DNA of 64,000 nucleotides from Acholeplasmataceae bacterium (GCA_963667565.1 OY763415.1:928001-992000), one strand, 5' to 3'; positions 49,975 to 60,687 are shown, counted from the stretch's first letter. A program made the numbers and translations. The notes: generated from the letters alone by a model not told the origin.

Positions 49975-50655
49975 CTACTTTCTTTTCATTCTAAATATTG
50001 TGACTGCTATACTATCTGGTGATCCAACAGACATACCTGGGTTAATGTATAGAGATCCTAAAGAGCCATTAACAGAGTGTGCAAAATCGACCATCTTAAT
50101 TGATGCATTCCCTTGTCCTGATAATGTTGTGACTTCTTTTCCATAGGCTACCCATTGTTGAATATCGGATAAGGATGATCTGAATGTAGGTGATATTTCA
50201 AAATCAATAACTTTCGTTATTCCACTTGTTATCGTTGTCCCCGAAACAAAACTATCTTCAAGATATTGTGCTGTTGTGTTCTTACCCGCTCTAGCATCAT
50301 GGACAGTATCTTCAGTGTTCACATGATGGCTAATATAAGAACCGTATAAATACGAGTAACTTGAAGTCCTGTAATAGATGTAAGTATCAGACGTATCAAC
50401 GGAACTTCCATAAGTCGAAGCAATCACATGAACTTTATAAATATAATCAGGATCAAAGGGATAGACTAAACTGTGATAATAAGAATATCCTTCATAGTAG
50501 TATACTTTTTCTAATGCTCCGCCTATTTTCACAACCGATGAAATACCTCTCGCATAGAGTGTTTCACTATTATAATCAAAAGCTAATTCTCCTAAATAGG
50601 ACATATTTGAAGTAGTTGGTGTCGTTGTTCCACGTTTCACCCTAATGATAGCCAT
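49975..50655 (-). CDS. Tail fibre/receptor-binding protein
   Basis: MAIIRVKRG...GEL N-terminal anchor. Confidence 0.65.
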   Translation of the reverse strand: MAIIRVKRGTTTPTTSNMSYLGELAFDYNSETLYARGISSVVKIGGALEKVYYYEGYSYYHSLVYPFDPDYIYKVHVIASTYGSSVDTSDTYIYYRTSSYSYLYGSYISHHVNTEDTVHDARAGKNTTAQYLEDSFVSGTTITSGITKVIDFEISPTFRSSLSDIQQWVAYGKEVTTLSGQGNASIKMVDFAHSVNGSLGSLYINPGMSVGSPDSIAVTIFRMKRK

Positions 50656-51506
50656 TAGTATGTTCCGCCATCAATAATCGATGAAGGCTGTAACACTTTA
50701 CTTGTATCGATGCCAAGTTTGTATGTGATTTTGGTTGGGGTATAATTCGTATCAACAACCGGATAATATATCAATCCATCTACAATAACTGAGTTTGCAT
50801 AATCTGTCTCAGAACTTGCTAAATCAATACCTGTTGTATCAGTGATTTCAAACATCTTAACATTATCAAGAATTGTTCTTTGTTCTGTTGTTAAATGAAG
50901 ATTTGAAGAAACGTGCGTATCGTAAGTAGTTGATGCAACACCGCCTAAACCAGAGAGTGAAATTGTCACCGCTCCAGTCGAACCATTAACGCTTGTAACT
51001 GCATCGGTTGGTGTTAAGAGTTCTTGCCAGTTTGCGAGCGTTGAATACGGAGTCGCCTTAAGAATAAAGGATTTGTTTAAGTCCGTTCTAACGGCAACGT
51101 CGCCTTCCTGTGCGGTAGATAAAGCAAGCATAGCTGTTTGACTTGCTACGACAAAGGTATTTGTTAATGCAATCTTTGGTACTACACTATCTGCTAACTT
51201 CCCATTGGCATCTAGAATTGGAATGTTTCCGTTTCCTGTTCCGGTATTTTTAGTTGATGCAGTACCTAAACTTAAAGCTGTAATCTTAGTATCGATTTGT
51301 GAATCAACTTTTGCGACACCTGGTATCTTTAAATAATCTGTTTCTGCAAGTGGCACTGAAACACTCGCCACTTTATCCGCTTTTGCTATATAGAGATGCT
51401 CACCACTAAAATCAACTTGTGGTTCTCCTGCCTTGACTGTACCGGTTGTTCCTGTAAGTGGACCAGTCCCAGCTGTAGTTCTTCTTTTAATTTGTATCGT
51501 TGCCAT
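50655..51506 (-). CDS. Tail fibre protein
   Basis: MATIQIKRR...GEP anchor, LDANGKL, VTSVNGSTGAV fibre motifs. Confidence 0.75.
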   Translation of the reverse strand: MATIQIKRRTTAGTGPLTGTTGTVKAGEPQVDFSGEHLYIAKADKVASVSVPLAETDYLKIPGVAKVDSQIDTKITALSLGTASTKNTGTGNGNIPILDANGKLADSVVPKIALTNTFVVASQTAMLALSTAQEGDVAVRTDLNKSFILKATPYSTLANWQELLTPTDAVTSVNGSTGAVTISLSGLGGVASTTYDTHVSSNLHLTTEQRTILDNVKMFEITDTTGIDLASSETDYANSVIVDGLIYYPVVDTNYTPTKITYKLGIDTSKVLQPSSIIDGGTY

Positions 51507-51518
51507 TTTTATTTCCTC

Positions 51519-52292
51519 CTATTTTTTCATAAACACACTGGTTATATTGTGTGTTGTATTTCCTGTTGTTAATGTGACGATTCCATTCTCATAAACTACA
51601 CTTAATGAATAGTCTCCAGATGCATATCTGTATGAAACCGATGTATTAGATCCAACAAATAGGAACATCTGCTCTCCAGGAAATGTCACCACAGTATGAT
51701 TATTAATTGTTACATAAAGAATTGATTGTCTTAATTCATCTGAACTTGTTCCTGCAAAACGATAAGTTCCAGGTGATGCAAGTGTCAACGATTTTCTAAC
51801 TGGTAAATAATGATTGAAAATCTCATCGTCTAGTACATCTAATCGGCTTTTATCATTACTGATCAGCTTTCTTGAATAACTTGTCAGTGTAACAGAAGTT
51901 GTCGTCTTTGAATAAGCACAAAGAACCAATTCATAGAGTCCATCGGTTGTAAGTAAGTTAGTCGTACTTAGTGTTGGATAACTTCCCACTTGTTCTTTTA
52001 AGTAAATACTAACTGTATCATTTGATGTATTGATGCCTAACACGACATAACCCAACTTACTTGAATCAGGTGTAACACCAATGGTTGTTTGATTCTCAAT
52101 ATAGATAATTCGTCCATAAACTGAAACATATCCATCACTAAATGTAATCGTATTATTTGCTAAGGTATAACTGATCTCATTTTTAAGTCCTTTTAATATA
52201 CCTACATCGCTTGAAAATAAAAAGTGGTATAAGTCTGAGTCAATTTTCGACGTGACATTACCACCTTCAAATGTTATTTTTTGTAATCCCAT
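51519..52292 (-). CDS. Baseplate/minor tail protein
   Basis: Position after Tal-like gene; beta-rich. Confidence 0.6.
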   Translation of the reverse strand: MGLQKITFEGGNVTSKIDSDLYHFLFSSDVGILKGLKNEISYTLANNTITFSDGYVSVYGRIIYIENQTTIGVTPDSSKLGYVVLGINTSNDTVSIYLKEQVGSYPTLSTTNLLTTDGLYELVLCAYSKTTTSVTLTSYSRKLISNDKSRLDVLDDEIFNHYLPVRKSLTLASPGTYRFAGTSSDELRQSILYVTINNHTVVTFPGEQMFLFVGSNTSVSYRYASGDYSLSVVYENGIVTLTTGNTTHNITSVFMKK

Positions 52293-53410
52293 CAGAACTC
52301 ACCTCCATCAACGTCTGAATTGGTTATTGTGATATTACTTGTTGTTCCACTGCTTGTATTTTTACTGAGTAGTTGTATTTTTTCTGTTAGTTTCACTCGA
52401 TACTCTCCTAACGTAATCGTTGCATAATTCATTGAATCTTTAAATGTAATACCTGTAATCACTGATTCATAGGTTTTTCCTTTATGGATAAAAGACACAT
52501 AATCCCCTAATTGAATATTGACAAATGGTATAAACACCTTGTTTTTCATGTCAATCATAAAGGTGATGTTGTGATCTAACTTGGAAGTTACCATTTCGCT
52601 TCTTGCTTTTGTTTCTAAAGTTTCATAATCATTGTCTGTATAGATATAACTTTTAACCATGACACTTGTGTATCTATCATCTGAATCTGCATCTTCTGTG
52701 ATGTCACCAGTTGTAAGTAAATAATAGGTTTTAATACTTTTATAGCTCTGGTTATCGCTTCTTGGATAATAGATGACTTTATTGACAAGCTGACTGGTCG
52801 AATCATTAGTTTCAACGTTTAAGATCGATGAGAAGTCACTTCTAATGACCATACCTTGATTCACGCTGACAATGCGAAACACAATTCCTGTTATTCGTCC
52901 CCTTAGATATACAACATCTGTATCAAAACTAATGCCATAGCCTTTGGAAACAAGCTCGAATATTTTTGACATATTGATAATGTTATCGGAATCAAAACTC
53001 AGACTTCCTGTGACACTTGTTTCTTTACTGATGGTTAGATACGATAGATTTTGTTTCACATCAGAATTATTCTTAAAGTAGTTCGTAATAATTTGGTATA
53101 GATAATCCGCTAAATCACCGGTGAAAGTTACTGCTGGTATTTCTAAATTAAAAATCTCTCTAAAATCGAGAGACTTAATGCTTGTGGTATAGTCATCTAT
53201 CAATTCGATGCTTTCCAAGATACCAATATATGAATAACTATCTTTTTGCAAAATAACAATGTCACCAATGGTACAATTCAGATTTGTCTTGTTAACTTTG
53301 AAAGTGGAACGTTTGATAAGTACCATATCCAAGACGAGCTCATACTGATTACTAACATAGGCGTTGTCCTTATATTGTAGGGTGCTTCGATCCAGGAATA
53401 GTAGTTTCAT
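52292..53410 (-). CDS. Tal/baseplate hub-like protein
   Basis: Position after Dit; LGDYV...ITGI...ITLG motif. Confidence 0.7.
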   Translation of the reverse strand: MKLLFLDRSTLQYKDNAYVSNQYELVLDMVLIKRSTFKVNKTNLNCTIGDIVILQKDSYSYIGILESIELIDDYTTSIKSLDFREIFNLEIPAVTFTGDLADYLYQIITNYFKNNSDVKQNLSYLTISKETSVTGSLSFDSDNIINMSKIFELVSKGYGISFDTDVVYLRGRITGIVFRIVSVNQGMVIRSDFSSILNVETNDSTSQLVNKVIYYPRSDNQSYKSIKTYYLLTTGDITEDADSDDRYTSVMVKSYIYTDNDYETLETKARSEMVTSKLDHNITFMIDMKNKVFIPFVNIQLGDYVSFIHKGKTYESVITGITFKDSMNYATITLGEYRVKLTEKIQLLSKNTSSGTTSNITITNSDVDGGEF

Positions 53411-53412
53411 AT

Positions 53413-54243
53413 TTAAATCCCCAGATAACCTTCAACGATAGTGACTCGACATATAGTTTCAGTTGCAACGCCAGGTTTGAATTCAATTTCATAGTCACCA
53501 TAATCTAGGAATATAAAGTTCTCTTCTTCAAAATCCTGAAGCCCATAGATATCGGTGACAACACCTGATGCTTCCATGATGATTTGTTGCTTGCTTGGAA
53601 TTGAATTAATGGTTAATGTTATATTTTCTGCAGTTAAATATAAACGTAGCGTTGAAACAACTTCACCATTCTTTTTTATAAGTACTTCTGGATCAACAAC
53701 ACTTCCTATCATTTCAATAACAATAGGTGCATCGTTTAGTCCTTCATTTCTAATATATACCTTGCCTTCGTATGAGCTTGAATAGTAATAGGGATAACTA
53801 TAGGGATATACTTTACCACTTGATGAACCATTAGCGATAATCTCGTAGGTTTTTTCTCTAAGCCATAGTGATAGTTTCTTAAAGACGATACTGCTTTGAA
53901 TGGTTCCTGCCAGAAGTTCTGCTTTTGCTAGGCTTGCGATATCTACATAGCAGTATGCTTTGAAGGCATCAGTTTGATAGTAGAGTTTGATATTATCATT
54001 GCTTTGACTTATAAAATCAACAAAACCTTTATAGCCTTGATACCCTTTCAAAAAGACAAGTGTCATTGAAATCTCAGTAAGTGGAATATTATATTCAGAA
54101 CGTGCATAGTAGTTTTGATATTCTAGGTACTTCAAATCTAATGTATAACCCAGTCCACTGACTTGTGAAATCAGTGTTTGTTTCTGATGATTGAAATAAT
54201 ACGTATCGCCATATTTATTTTCTATATAAAATTGTCTTATCAT
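53413..54243 (-). CDS. Distal tail protein (Dit)-like
   Basis: After TMP; YPYSYPYYY, NEG..DAP motifs. Confidence 0.75.
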   Translation of the reverse strand: MIRQFYIENKYGDTYYFNHQKQTLISQVSGLGYTLDLKYLEYQNYYARSEYNIPLTEISMTLVFLKGYQGYKGFVDFISQSNDNIKLYYQTDAFKAYCYVDIASLAKAELLAGTIQSSIVFKKLSLWLREKTYEIIANGSSSGKVYPYSYPYYYSSSYEGKVYIRNEGLNDAPIVIEMIGSVVDPEVLIKKNGEVVSTLRLYLTAENITLTINSIPSKQQIIMEASGVVTDIYGLQDFEEENFIFLDYGDYEIEFKPGVATETICRVTIVEGYLGI

Positions 54244-56249
54244 ATGACACTACCTCCTAATGCTTTATTGATTGAATCAATATCAAATGTCGGAGATGTT
54301 GTGTTGATGGTAATGTTGTTTGTATTGCTTGTTGAAGTGTTAGAGTTTGAGTTATTGACAGTACTTGATCCTTTTAGATTAAAGGTATCTGCAAAGAATC
54401 CACCAATGCCTCCAAAGAATCCACTGACTTTATCTGCTGCATTCGATGCAAAATCACTAATGCCATCAGTTACTTTATTCGCTATGTTTGAAATACCATC
54501 TGTGACAGTTGAAAAGGTATCTTTGACTTTCCCACCAAAATCACCAATTTTTGATGGTAATTCACCAATCCACTCAAATATTTTTTGAATAAACTCCACG
54601 ATTTTTTGTACAACATTTAGCACAGGCTCTAAGACTTTTTTAAGCACATTGATTGCGGGAACTAAGATAGCAGTTAATACTTCTCCAACAATAGTAATCA
54701 ATGGTGCGAGTGCTTCTAAGATCCCAGCAAACATCTGAACTTGCATAATCAATGGTTCAAGGATAATCTCCAAGATTGGTGTAAGTATATCTAGTAACAT
54801 AACGATCAAATTAATAATTACATCTAGGATTGGTTGCAATGCCGTCATTAGACTATCCACAATGGCTAAGATAGGCGGTAAGAGCTGCATGAATGTTTCC
54901 ATAAGTCTTGCAAGTAACGCTCGAAACTCTTCGCTTTGAAATAAAGCCATAGCCAATATAGCAATAAGAGCTCCAATTCCTAAAGTAGCTGCGTTAATCC
55001 CAACACCTGCAAATATTCCGGATGTCCCTACTGCTTTTAATCCAATAGATGCCATATTTAATAATGGTCCCACTTTTCCAACAACGGATAACACTGGTCC
55101 TATGGCTGCAACTAATCCGGTTAAGGTAACGATGATTTTTTTAGTTCCATCATCCATGTTGTTCCATTTATCAATCCAGTCTTTAAGAGTTGGAATGATA
55201 TTGTCTCTGACTTTAATTATCAGTTCTTGCAAAACAGGTAAAAGTGTACTTGCTAAATCAACACCTAAACTTGATAATGCTTGTTTGGTACGATCAAGTG
55301 CATCGGTAAACTCACCAGCCTTTTCAGCTTGTTCATTTGTGACGATTCCTAGTGCTTGTGCTTCATTTCTTAAATCACTAATCGCACTTGTTTCACTTGA
55401 TAAGATAGGAAGTACTTCTGTACCTATTTTCTCACCAAAGAATTCATTCGCTACACCAACACGAACAGATTCATCAGCAACTTCACTTAAGGCAGAACGA
55501 ATAAGTTCAAATGCTTGATCGGTGTTTTTACCTTTCAGATCATCAACTGTTAATCCAATAAGTGACAAACTATCAGCAACCTTATCACCATTTCCAGTCG
55601 CAATATCACCCATAATACCATTAACTTTCATGAATGCTTTTGACATCGACTCAGTTGAAGTACCCATAATGGTTGCGACATGATTCCATTCCTGGAACTG
55701 TTCAGCGGATAGCCCTAGTTTTTGTGCAGTATCTCCAATTTCATCTGCGGTATATGCCGTTTTAACAGAAAATGCAGTTAGTGCAGAAACAGCACCTAAT
55801 ATTGGCAATGTGACGCTTTTTGTTAATGTTGAACCAAGCTTTCCAATCTTATCGAACTTCGCATTAGCTAATTGTTTGATTTTGCTGTTTGTATTCTCGA
55901 GTTGTCCATTCATCTTAGCAAGTTCTGCTTCGGTGTATTGAACATTGCGTTTGAGTTTATTGAACTCTTCAGCACTCATATCACCAAGTTGAACAGCTTT
56001 TTTGGCTTGCTCGAGTTCTTGGTTTTGAGTTTCAAGTTTCTTCTTAGTTTGGACTAAGATGTCATTTAACTTGGATTGTTTTTGTTTCCAAAGATCTAAA
56101 TTCGTACTGTCATATCTGAGGTTTGTATTAATGGCTTTTAAATCTTTGTTTTGTTCTTTGAGTTCTTTTTGAATCCCACTCAATTCATTTTCTAAATCTT
56201 TGCCATCAAGTGTTAGTTTGATATTTAATCCTTTAACAGTCTCTGCCAT
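54240..56249 (-). CDS. Tape measure protein
   Basis: VKGLNIKL start, coiled coil, LTKSVTLPI, amphipathic repeats. Confidence 0.9.
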   Translation of the reverse strand: MAETVKGLNIKLTLDGKDLENELSGIQKELKEQNKDLKAINTNLRYDSTNLDLWKQKQSKLNDILVQTKKKLETQNQELEQAKKAVQLGDMSAEEFNKLKRNVQYTEAELAKMNGQLENTNSKIKQLANAKFDKIGKLGSTLTKSVTLPILGAVSALTAFSVKTAYTADEIGDTAQKLGLSAEQFQEWNHVATIMGTSTESMSKAFMKVNGIMGDIATGNGDKVADSLSLIGLTVDDLKGKNTDQAFELIRSALSEVADESVRVGVANEFFGEKIGTEVLPILSSETSAISDLRNEAQALGIVTNEQAEKAGEFTDALDRTKQALSSLGVDLASTLLPVLQELIIKVRDNIIPTLKDWIDKWNNMDDGTKKIIVTLTGLVAAIGPVLSVVGKVGPLLNMASIGLKAVGTSGIFAGVGINAATLGIGALIAILAMALFQSEEFRALLARLMETFMQLLPPILAIVDSLMTALQPILDVIINLIVMLLDILTPILEIILEPLIMQVQMFAGILEALAPLITIVGEVLTAILVPAINVLKKVLEPVLNVVQKIVEFIQKIFEWIGELPSKIGDFGGKVKDTFSTVTDGISNIANKVTDGISDFASNAADKVSGFFGGIGGFFADTFNLKGSSTVNNSNSNTSTSNTNNITINTTSPTFDIDSINKALGGSVI

Positions 56250-56262
56250 TAATATTCACCTC

Positions 56263-56487
56263 CTATAATAAGAATTTATCAATATCATTTTGTGTTGCTC
56301 TTTTGATAGATTGTTTCCCATTAATTACATTCATTTCAAGTTCTACAATTTCAAAATAGGTATCCAAACCAAAGTTCTTTGTGTCTTCAATTGAAATACC
56401 TAAATGAGCAAGATTAAAGATGATATTCGCTGTGATGTTTGTATCATTTGCTTTTGATGTCTGGCTGGGGTGTGTTTCCTTTTTGAA
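56263..56487 (-). CDS. Tail assembly chaperone extension, likely made by frameshift
   Basis: Overlaps TAC in +1 frame; RATQNDIDKF C-terminal motif. Confidence 0.65.
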   Translation of the reverse strand, partial: FKKETHPSQTSKANDTNITANIIFNLAHLGISIEDTKNFGLDTYFEIVELEMNVINGKQSIKRATQNDIDKFLL

Positions 56488-56800
56488 ACGTACCGAGCAT
56501 TTCACCTATCGTATTCGTTAGATTTTCAAGCTCACTTTGATTACTTAAAATAGAAAAATCAAGCGACATCAAAAAGTCGTTATAGGATTGTTTGGAAAAA
56601 GGTCGATGAAGTACATAGATAATGCGAAAGATCGTATCAATCACTGTCGATAAGTCTTCTTCCTTTTTGCTATTTGATTTTTCTAGTTTTTTGATATCAC
56701 TAAATAGTTCAGTTGAGAAAACATTACGGTAATCAATAATCGTAAATAGTGATGAATGAAGACGGTACTCCTTTTCACCCAACTTGAGTGTCTTTTCCAT
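56444..56800 (-). CDS. Tail assembly chaperone
   Basis: Between major tail and TMP genes. Confidence 0.8.
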   Translation of the reverse strand: MEKTLKLGEKEYRLHSSLFTIIDYRNVFSTELFSDIKKLEKSNSKKEEDLSTVIDTIFRIIYVLHRPFSKQSYNDFLMSLDFSILSNQSELENLTNTIGEMLGTFQKGNTPQPDIKSK

Positions 56801-56814
56801 ATATAGTGATCTCC

Positions 56815-57381
56815 TTAATTAAATGTTGGTAAAGCTGGTGCTGTCGTAAGGAATGCTGTGTAGTTCGTATCACCAACACCTGCAATCACTCTTAGAATCA
56901 GATTACTTCCAGACTCGATTGGTCTTGCTGTAATGTTTAGTGTGATTGAGTTAGCCTCAATTGAATCGGCTTTCGATTTACTTGCATCGCCAGATGGCGT
57001 CGCTGTACATAAGAAATACCAAATGCGTCTCGCTTTGATATCGCCTTGAATCTCATAACCTAGTGCGAATGTCTTAGTTTCGCCATTTACTACTTCTACA
57101 AGGTTTCCATTAGTATCTTCTAATACACCAAAGATATCCTTCTTAAACACGTCATCAATCTCTGTGAACTTAAGTGTGACAGTAGTTCCTGAATTAGATA
57201 CCAGTGTAGCAATTACCTTATCGTCTGCATAGACTTGTGTGCTTCCACCGATTGCTTCAGTCGTGATTTCTTGAGCACCTTCTAAACGCTTCGGTGTAGC
57301 AAAGATCCAGCTACCATCTTCAGCTTGAGTTGCGAGTGCATAGTGTACGTTGGTTAAACCAAATGTGACTTTATTACCCAT
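56815..57381 (-). CDS. Major tail protein (phi13-like)
   Basis: NKVTFGLTNVHYA, YADD, FALGYE. Confidence 0.9.
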   Translation of the reverse strand: MGNKVTFGLTNVHYALATQAEDGSWIFATPKRLEGAQEITTEAIGGSTQVYADDKVIATLVSNSGTTVTLKFTEIDDVFKKDIFGVLEDTNGNLVEVVNGETKTFALGYEIQGDIKARRIWYFLCTATPSGDASKSKADSIEANSITLNITARPIESGSNLILRVIAGVGDTNYTAFLTTAPALPTFN

Positions 57382-57717
57382 TTAAAATACCTCCTGTTTG
57401 ATTTCATATATTCTGTTGACTGATCCATCTTCATTGATGAATTCAGACAATAATTCAAATTCATATCCCGCAAAATAGAGGGATGCTTCTAATTGTTCTT
57501 CTATAGATAGATTCTTTTTTTCAGTAATTAAACTGACTTGAAATGTTGCTACCTTTGCTAATGCCTTATCATCTGCATAGACTATGGTTCGATTATTTAA
57601 TTCTTGATAGATAATATAATTTGGATCTTCTTCCAAGCCTTCTCTTGTCCCGTAGGATACTTTACCAGGTAGGGCAGCATCTAACGTTTGAAATAGAGCT
57701 TCAAGTTTTTCTTGCAT
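57382..57717 (-). CDS. Tail terminator/completion protein
   Basis: PNYIIY, YADD; synteny. Confidence 0.75.
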   Translation of the reverse strand: MQEKLEALFQTLDAALPGKVSYGTREGLEEDPNYIIYQELNNRTIVYADDKALAKVATFQVSLITEKKNLSIEEQLEASLYFAGYEFELLSEFINEDGSVNRIYEIKQEVF

Positions 57718-58109
57718 TAGTTATCACCTTTTTCTATAATCGATTTGATATCTTCAAGCATCTTTGGAGTCAGTAAATCATAAGCTGGACGCATGAAAGG
57801 TCTAGGTCCTACATACTTTCCACTTCGATGCGTAAATCCAAACTCAAGCAAGTGTGTTAGTTTCCCTTTCTCACTTGAAAAAATAGATACCGATTTATTG
57901 ATACCACTACCTTGAGCTTCTGCAACAAATGAATCAGCGAATGCTTTTGATCCACCACTTCTTGGAGCATGTGTTTTTATATACTTCACAATTTCTTCAG
58001 CTGTTTCATCAAGTTTCTTTTCAAGTGCGAGGATAACCTCTTGTGCGTAATCTTCGACCATATTTGAAATAGCAACTCCAAGTTCATCAAGCGTAACCAA
58101 TGACATCAC
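57717..58109 (-). CDS. HK97 gp10-like protein
   Basis: LTHLLEFG, PRPFMRPA. Confidence 0.85.
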   Translation of the reverse strand: MMSLVTLDELGVAISNMVEDYAQEVILALEKKLDETAEEIVKYIKTHAPRSGGSKAFADSFVAEAQGSGINKSVSIFSSEKGKLTHLLEFGFTHRSGKYVGPRPFMRPAYDLLTPKMLEDIKSIIEKGDN

Positions 58110-58422
58110 TCTTTCTGATCTTTGTTTTGCTTAAGTAGAGTTCAATAAACTGTCCGATTTGATAGGTTCTCTCAATCTTGTAAATATCTCCATCAACTTC
58201 AGCGTATTTGCTATTGTCATACAAAAAGCTTTGAATTTTTAATGCGGTATCAATCTTAATGTCTGAGCGTTTGCTTTCATAGTATTCGTTTGAAGTAATA
58301 CTGATGTTAATACCAATGACTTCTTTTGCGTTTTGAAGCTGATATGTTGATGAGCCAATCGCATTTTGAACCATATCCATTTTTAATAGTTTTATTCTGA
58401 TGTTTGGTGAATTAGGATACAT
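58087..58422 (-). CDS. Head closure/head-tail adaptor
   Basis: SITSNEYY, YKIERTY..IELY. Confidence 0.8.
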   Translation of the reverse strand: MYPNSPNIRIKLLKMDMVQNAIGSSTYQLQNAKEVIGINISITSNEYYESKRSDIKIDTALKIQSFLYDNSKYAEVDGDIYKIERTYQIGQFIELYLSKTKIRKSDVIGYA

Positions 58423-58708
58423 TTTCTGTTACTCCTTTGGTGAGTGCAATTTGACCTACTAACATATCAAAAGTTTTCGGTAGTTCTTTTACACTTCCAT
58501 CATTCTTAAATCCAAAGAATGTCTTCACATAGATAATGATGACGGTGCTTACCATTGGATTTGTTTCGTCATTGATGTAAGAAGGATCAATCCCACAACT
58601 CGTCAGATATGATTTACAGCTACCTATGTGAGTGGATAACTCATCGTCAGCAAATGTTTCTGATAGTGGTATAAGTAGTGCTTTTTTTACAATGTCTAGT
58701 ATTGCCAT
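58412..58708 (-). CDS. Head-tail connector (gp6-like)
   Basis: LDIVKKAL..DDEL; follows capsid. Confidence 0.8.
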   Translation of the reverse strand: MAILDIVKKALLIPLSETFADDELSTHIGSCKSYLTSCGIDPSYINDETNPMVSTVIIIYVKTFFGFKNDGSVKELPKTFDMLVGQIALTKGVTENVS

Positions 58709-58748
58709 GAGATCAATCCTTTCTTACTTCAAAAACTAACCAGAGCTA

Positions 58749-59882
58749 TTAGGCTGCGGCTTTCTTTTTAATTCTTAAGAAACCGTTATAACCCACTACG
58801 TTACCACCAGTAAATACTGATGCTTTGTAGCTGATGATTCCGTCTTTAAACTTGTAGTCTGTAGACTTACCAATTTCAACTGGTGAGAACACTGGGACTT
58901 CATAGTTTTTAAGTGCACCATAAGCGATACCATATTCACCAGCACTTGTATTACTATCTGAGATTGCTTTACAATGAGAGTTGATGATATAAGGAATGCC
59001 ATCAATGGTTTTATTGACATAATCTACCGTATGAACTTTTCGTCCTTCAGATGTTTTAAGTCCTGCAAATGCACGTAAATCATTCTTATTCAAGATAAGT
59101 ACAGCACCACCTTCGACTTCTTCATCTCCACCATAGGCAAAGACAATATCATCAAGAGTTGAATCTGTAATCGCTTCAATTTCAAGTGCTGCTTTATCAG
59201 CAAGTGCGACAGCTGCATCACTAAAGATTCCAGTAAATGTATTAGTCGTTCCTGCACCACGTAGGATTTGTTCACTGATTTTCTTTTTAAGTGAAATATT
59301 GATGTTACGTAATACTTCAGCTTGATAAGGAATTGCAGGCAATTTTTCAAGTTCTTCTGTGATTTCTGTATAAGCAGTGATTTTTACTTTTGAAATTGTC
59401 AAATAACCAAATGCTGGTTCTGTTTCACTGTAAGGTTGCCCTTCAAGAGTTGTTCCAGCAATACCATTACTTTTAATAAATGATTTCTTGTAAGTCTCTC
59501 CACCATTAAGATTGATGACATTGACGCGATCCACAAGTGTTGAAACTTGAGCAAATGGTACTGGTGCTAATCCTGAAGCGGTATACTCTGGTAGTAAGAT
59601 TTCTTCACTTGATACTTGGATCACACGATTTTCACGTAAATTTGAAGCTCGTTTTTCAAGCTTTTCTTTATCGATTTGTGTGCGGTTATCAATGATGATA
59701 GGTTTGATTTCAGCTTTGCTTGCAATCGCCATTTTCTTATCAATCACACTGCGTTCTTCTTGAAGTTCAGTCGTTTCAGTCTCGAATCCTTCAAGTTTTG
59801 TAATATCTGTTTCATTATCGACAAGACCTCTGATTTCAGTCAGTCTTGACTCGATTTCTTTTCGTCTAAGTTCTAAATTCAT
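58749..59882 (-). CDS. Major capsid protein, HK97 fold
   Basis: Coiled-coil delta domain; ILRGAG..FTGI; synteny. Confidence 0.9.
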   Translation of the reverse strand: MNLELRRKEIESRLTEIRGLVDNETDITKLEGFETETTELQEERSVIDKKMAIASKAEIKPIIIDNRTQIDKEKLEKRASNLRENRVIQVSSEEILLPEYTASGLAPVPFAQVSTLVDRVNVINLNGGETYKKSFIKSNGIAGTTLEGQPYSETEPAFGYLTISKVKITAYTEITEELEKLPAIPYQAEVLRNINISLKKKISEQILRGAGTTNTFTGIFSDAAVALADKAALEIEAITDSTLDDIVFAYGGDEEVEGGAVLILNKNDLRAFAGLKTSEGRKVHTVDYVNKTIDGIPYIINSHCKAISDSNTSAGEYGIAYGALKNYEVPVFSPVEIGKSTDYKFKDGIISYKASVFTGGNVVGYNGFLRIKKKAAA

Positions 59883-59897
59883 GTTTTCTTTCTCCTT

Positions 59898-60488
59898 CTA
59901 GATTTGGGTTTTAATTTTGATACGTTTTTTGATAATACTCGTTTTTTCTTCTTGCTCTGCTAAATCCATAGCCTTTAGTTCTAACTCCATAGATTCTAAA
60001 GAACGAGCGTATATACTAGTTGCATCATATGCTGGTGTATCCACAACCGACACATCATACAAGCGTTCTATCTTCGTAATGGTTCTTTTTGGAATTCTAC
60101 CTTCACGATTCCATACTTGTTCATCTACAGTAAAAGCAAAACTCATCTTATCCAACAAGCCACTTCTAACCATTTTGTAAATGTCCTGGTTTGTATTCGT
60201 ATCTAGTAACTCAGCTCGGACTTTTAATCCTTGTGAATCAACTGATAATTGAAGGGACTGGTTTCTTGTTCTTGCTAAAATTAAAAAGGAGTCCATATGA
60301 TTGTATTTCATAGGAACATCCTTCATTTTAGTTTGTGATAGTGCTCTTGAATCGATTTCTTCAATGAAACCATATTCTTCATCACCAATTAATGTTTCAT
60401 TATTAAAGACTAGTGCATAGCCCTCTAATATCATTTTGTTTTCTTCTTCATGAAGCGTAACATCAGCGAGTCTAGTTTCCTTGATCAT
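59898..60488 (-). CDS. HK97-family prohead protease
   Basis: GYALVFN, YNH, MSFAF, DVSVVDTPAY. Confidence 0.92.
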   Translation of the reverse strand: MIKETRLADVTLHEEENKMILEGYALVFNNETLIGDEEYGFIEEIDSRALSQTKMKDVPMKYNHMDSFLILARTRNQSLQLSVDSQGLKVRAELLDTNTNQDIYKMVRSGLLDKMSFAFTVDEQVWNREGRIPKRTITKIERLYDVSVVDTPAYDATSIYARSLESMELELKAMDLAEQEEKTSIIKKRIKIKTQI

Positions 60489-60687
60489 TGTTTCTTACCT
60501 CTACTTTCTTTGGTTTAGATGTTATTTGTTTTTGATATTCGTATTCAAGCTCAGAGTCTTTATAGTAAAGAGACTCGAGTTTTTCTTTTTTGCAATAATC
60601 ATCAATGATAATCGTTTTTGCTTTTTGTGTTTCTAAGATGACTTTTAATGCATCTTCTGATATCTTTCCATTAACTGTTATTTTCAT
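60472..60687 (-). CDS. Small hypothetical protein between portal and protease
   Basis: 71 aa overlapping both neighbours. Confidence 0.55.
   Translation of the reverse strand: MKITVNGKISEDALKVILETQKAKTIIIDDYCKKEKLESLYYKDSELEYEYQKQITSKPKKVEVRNNDQGN

Noticed and set aside
49975..51506. Diversity-generating retroelement on tail fibres
   Set aside because: No reverse transcriptase and no TR/VR pair seen
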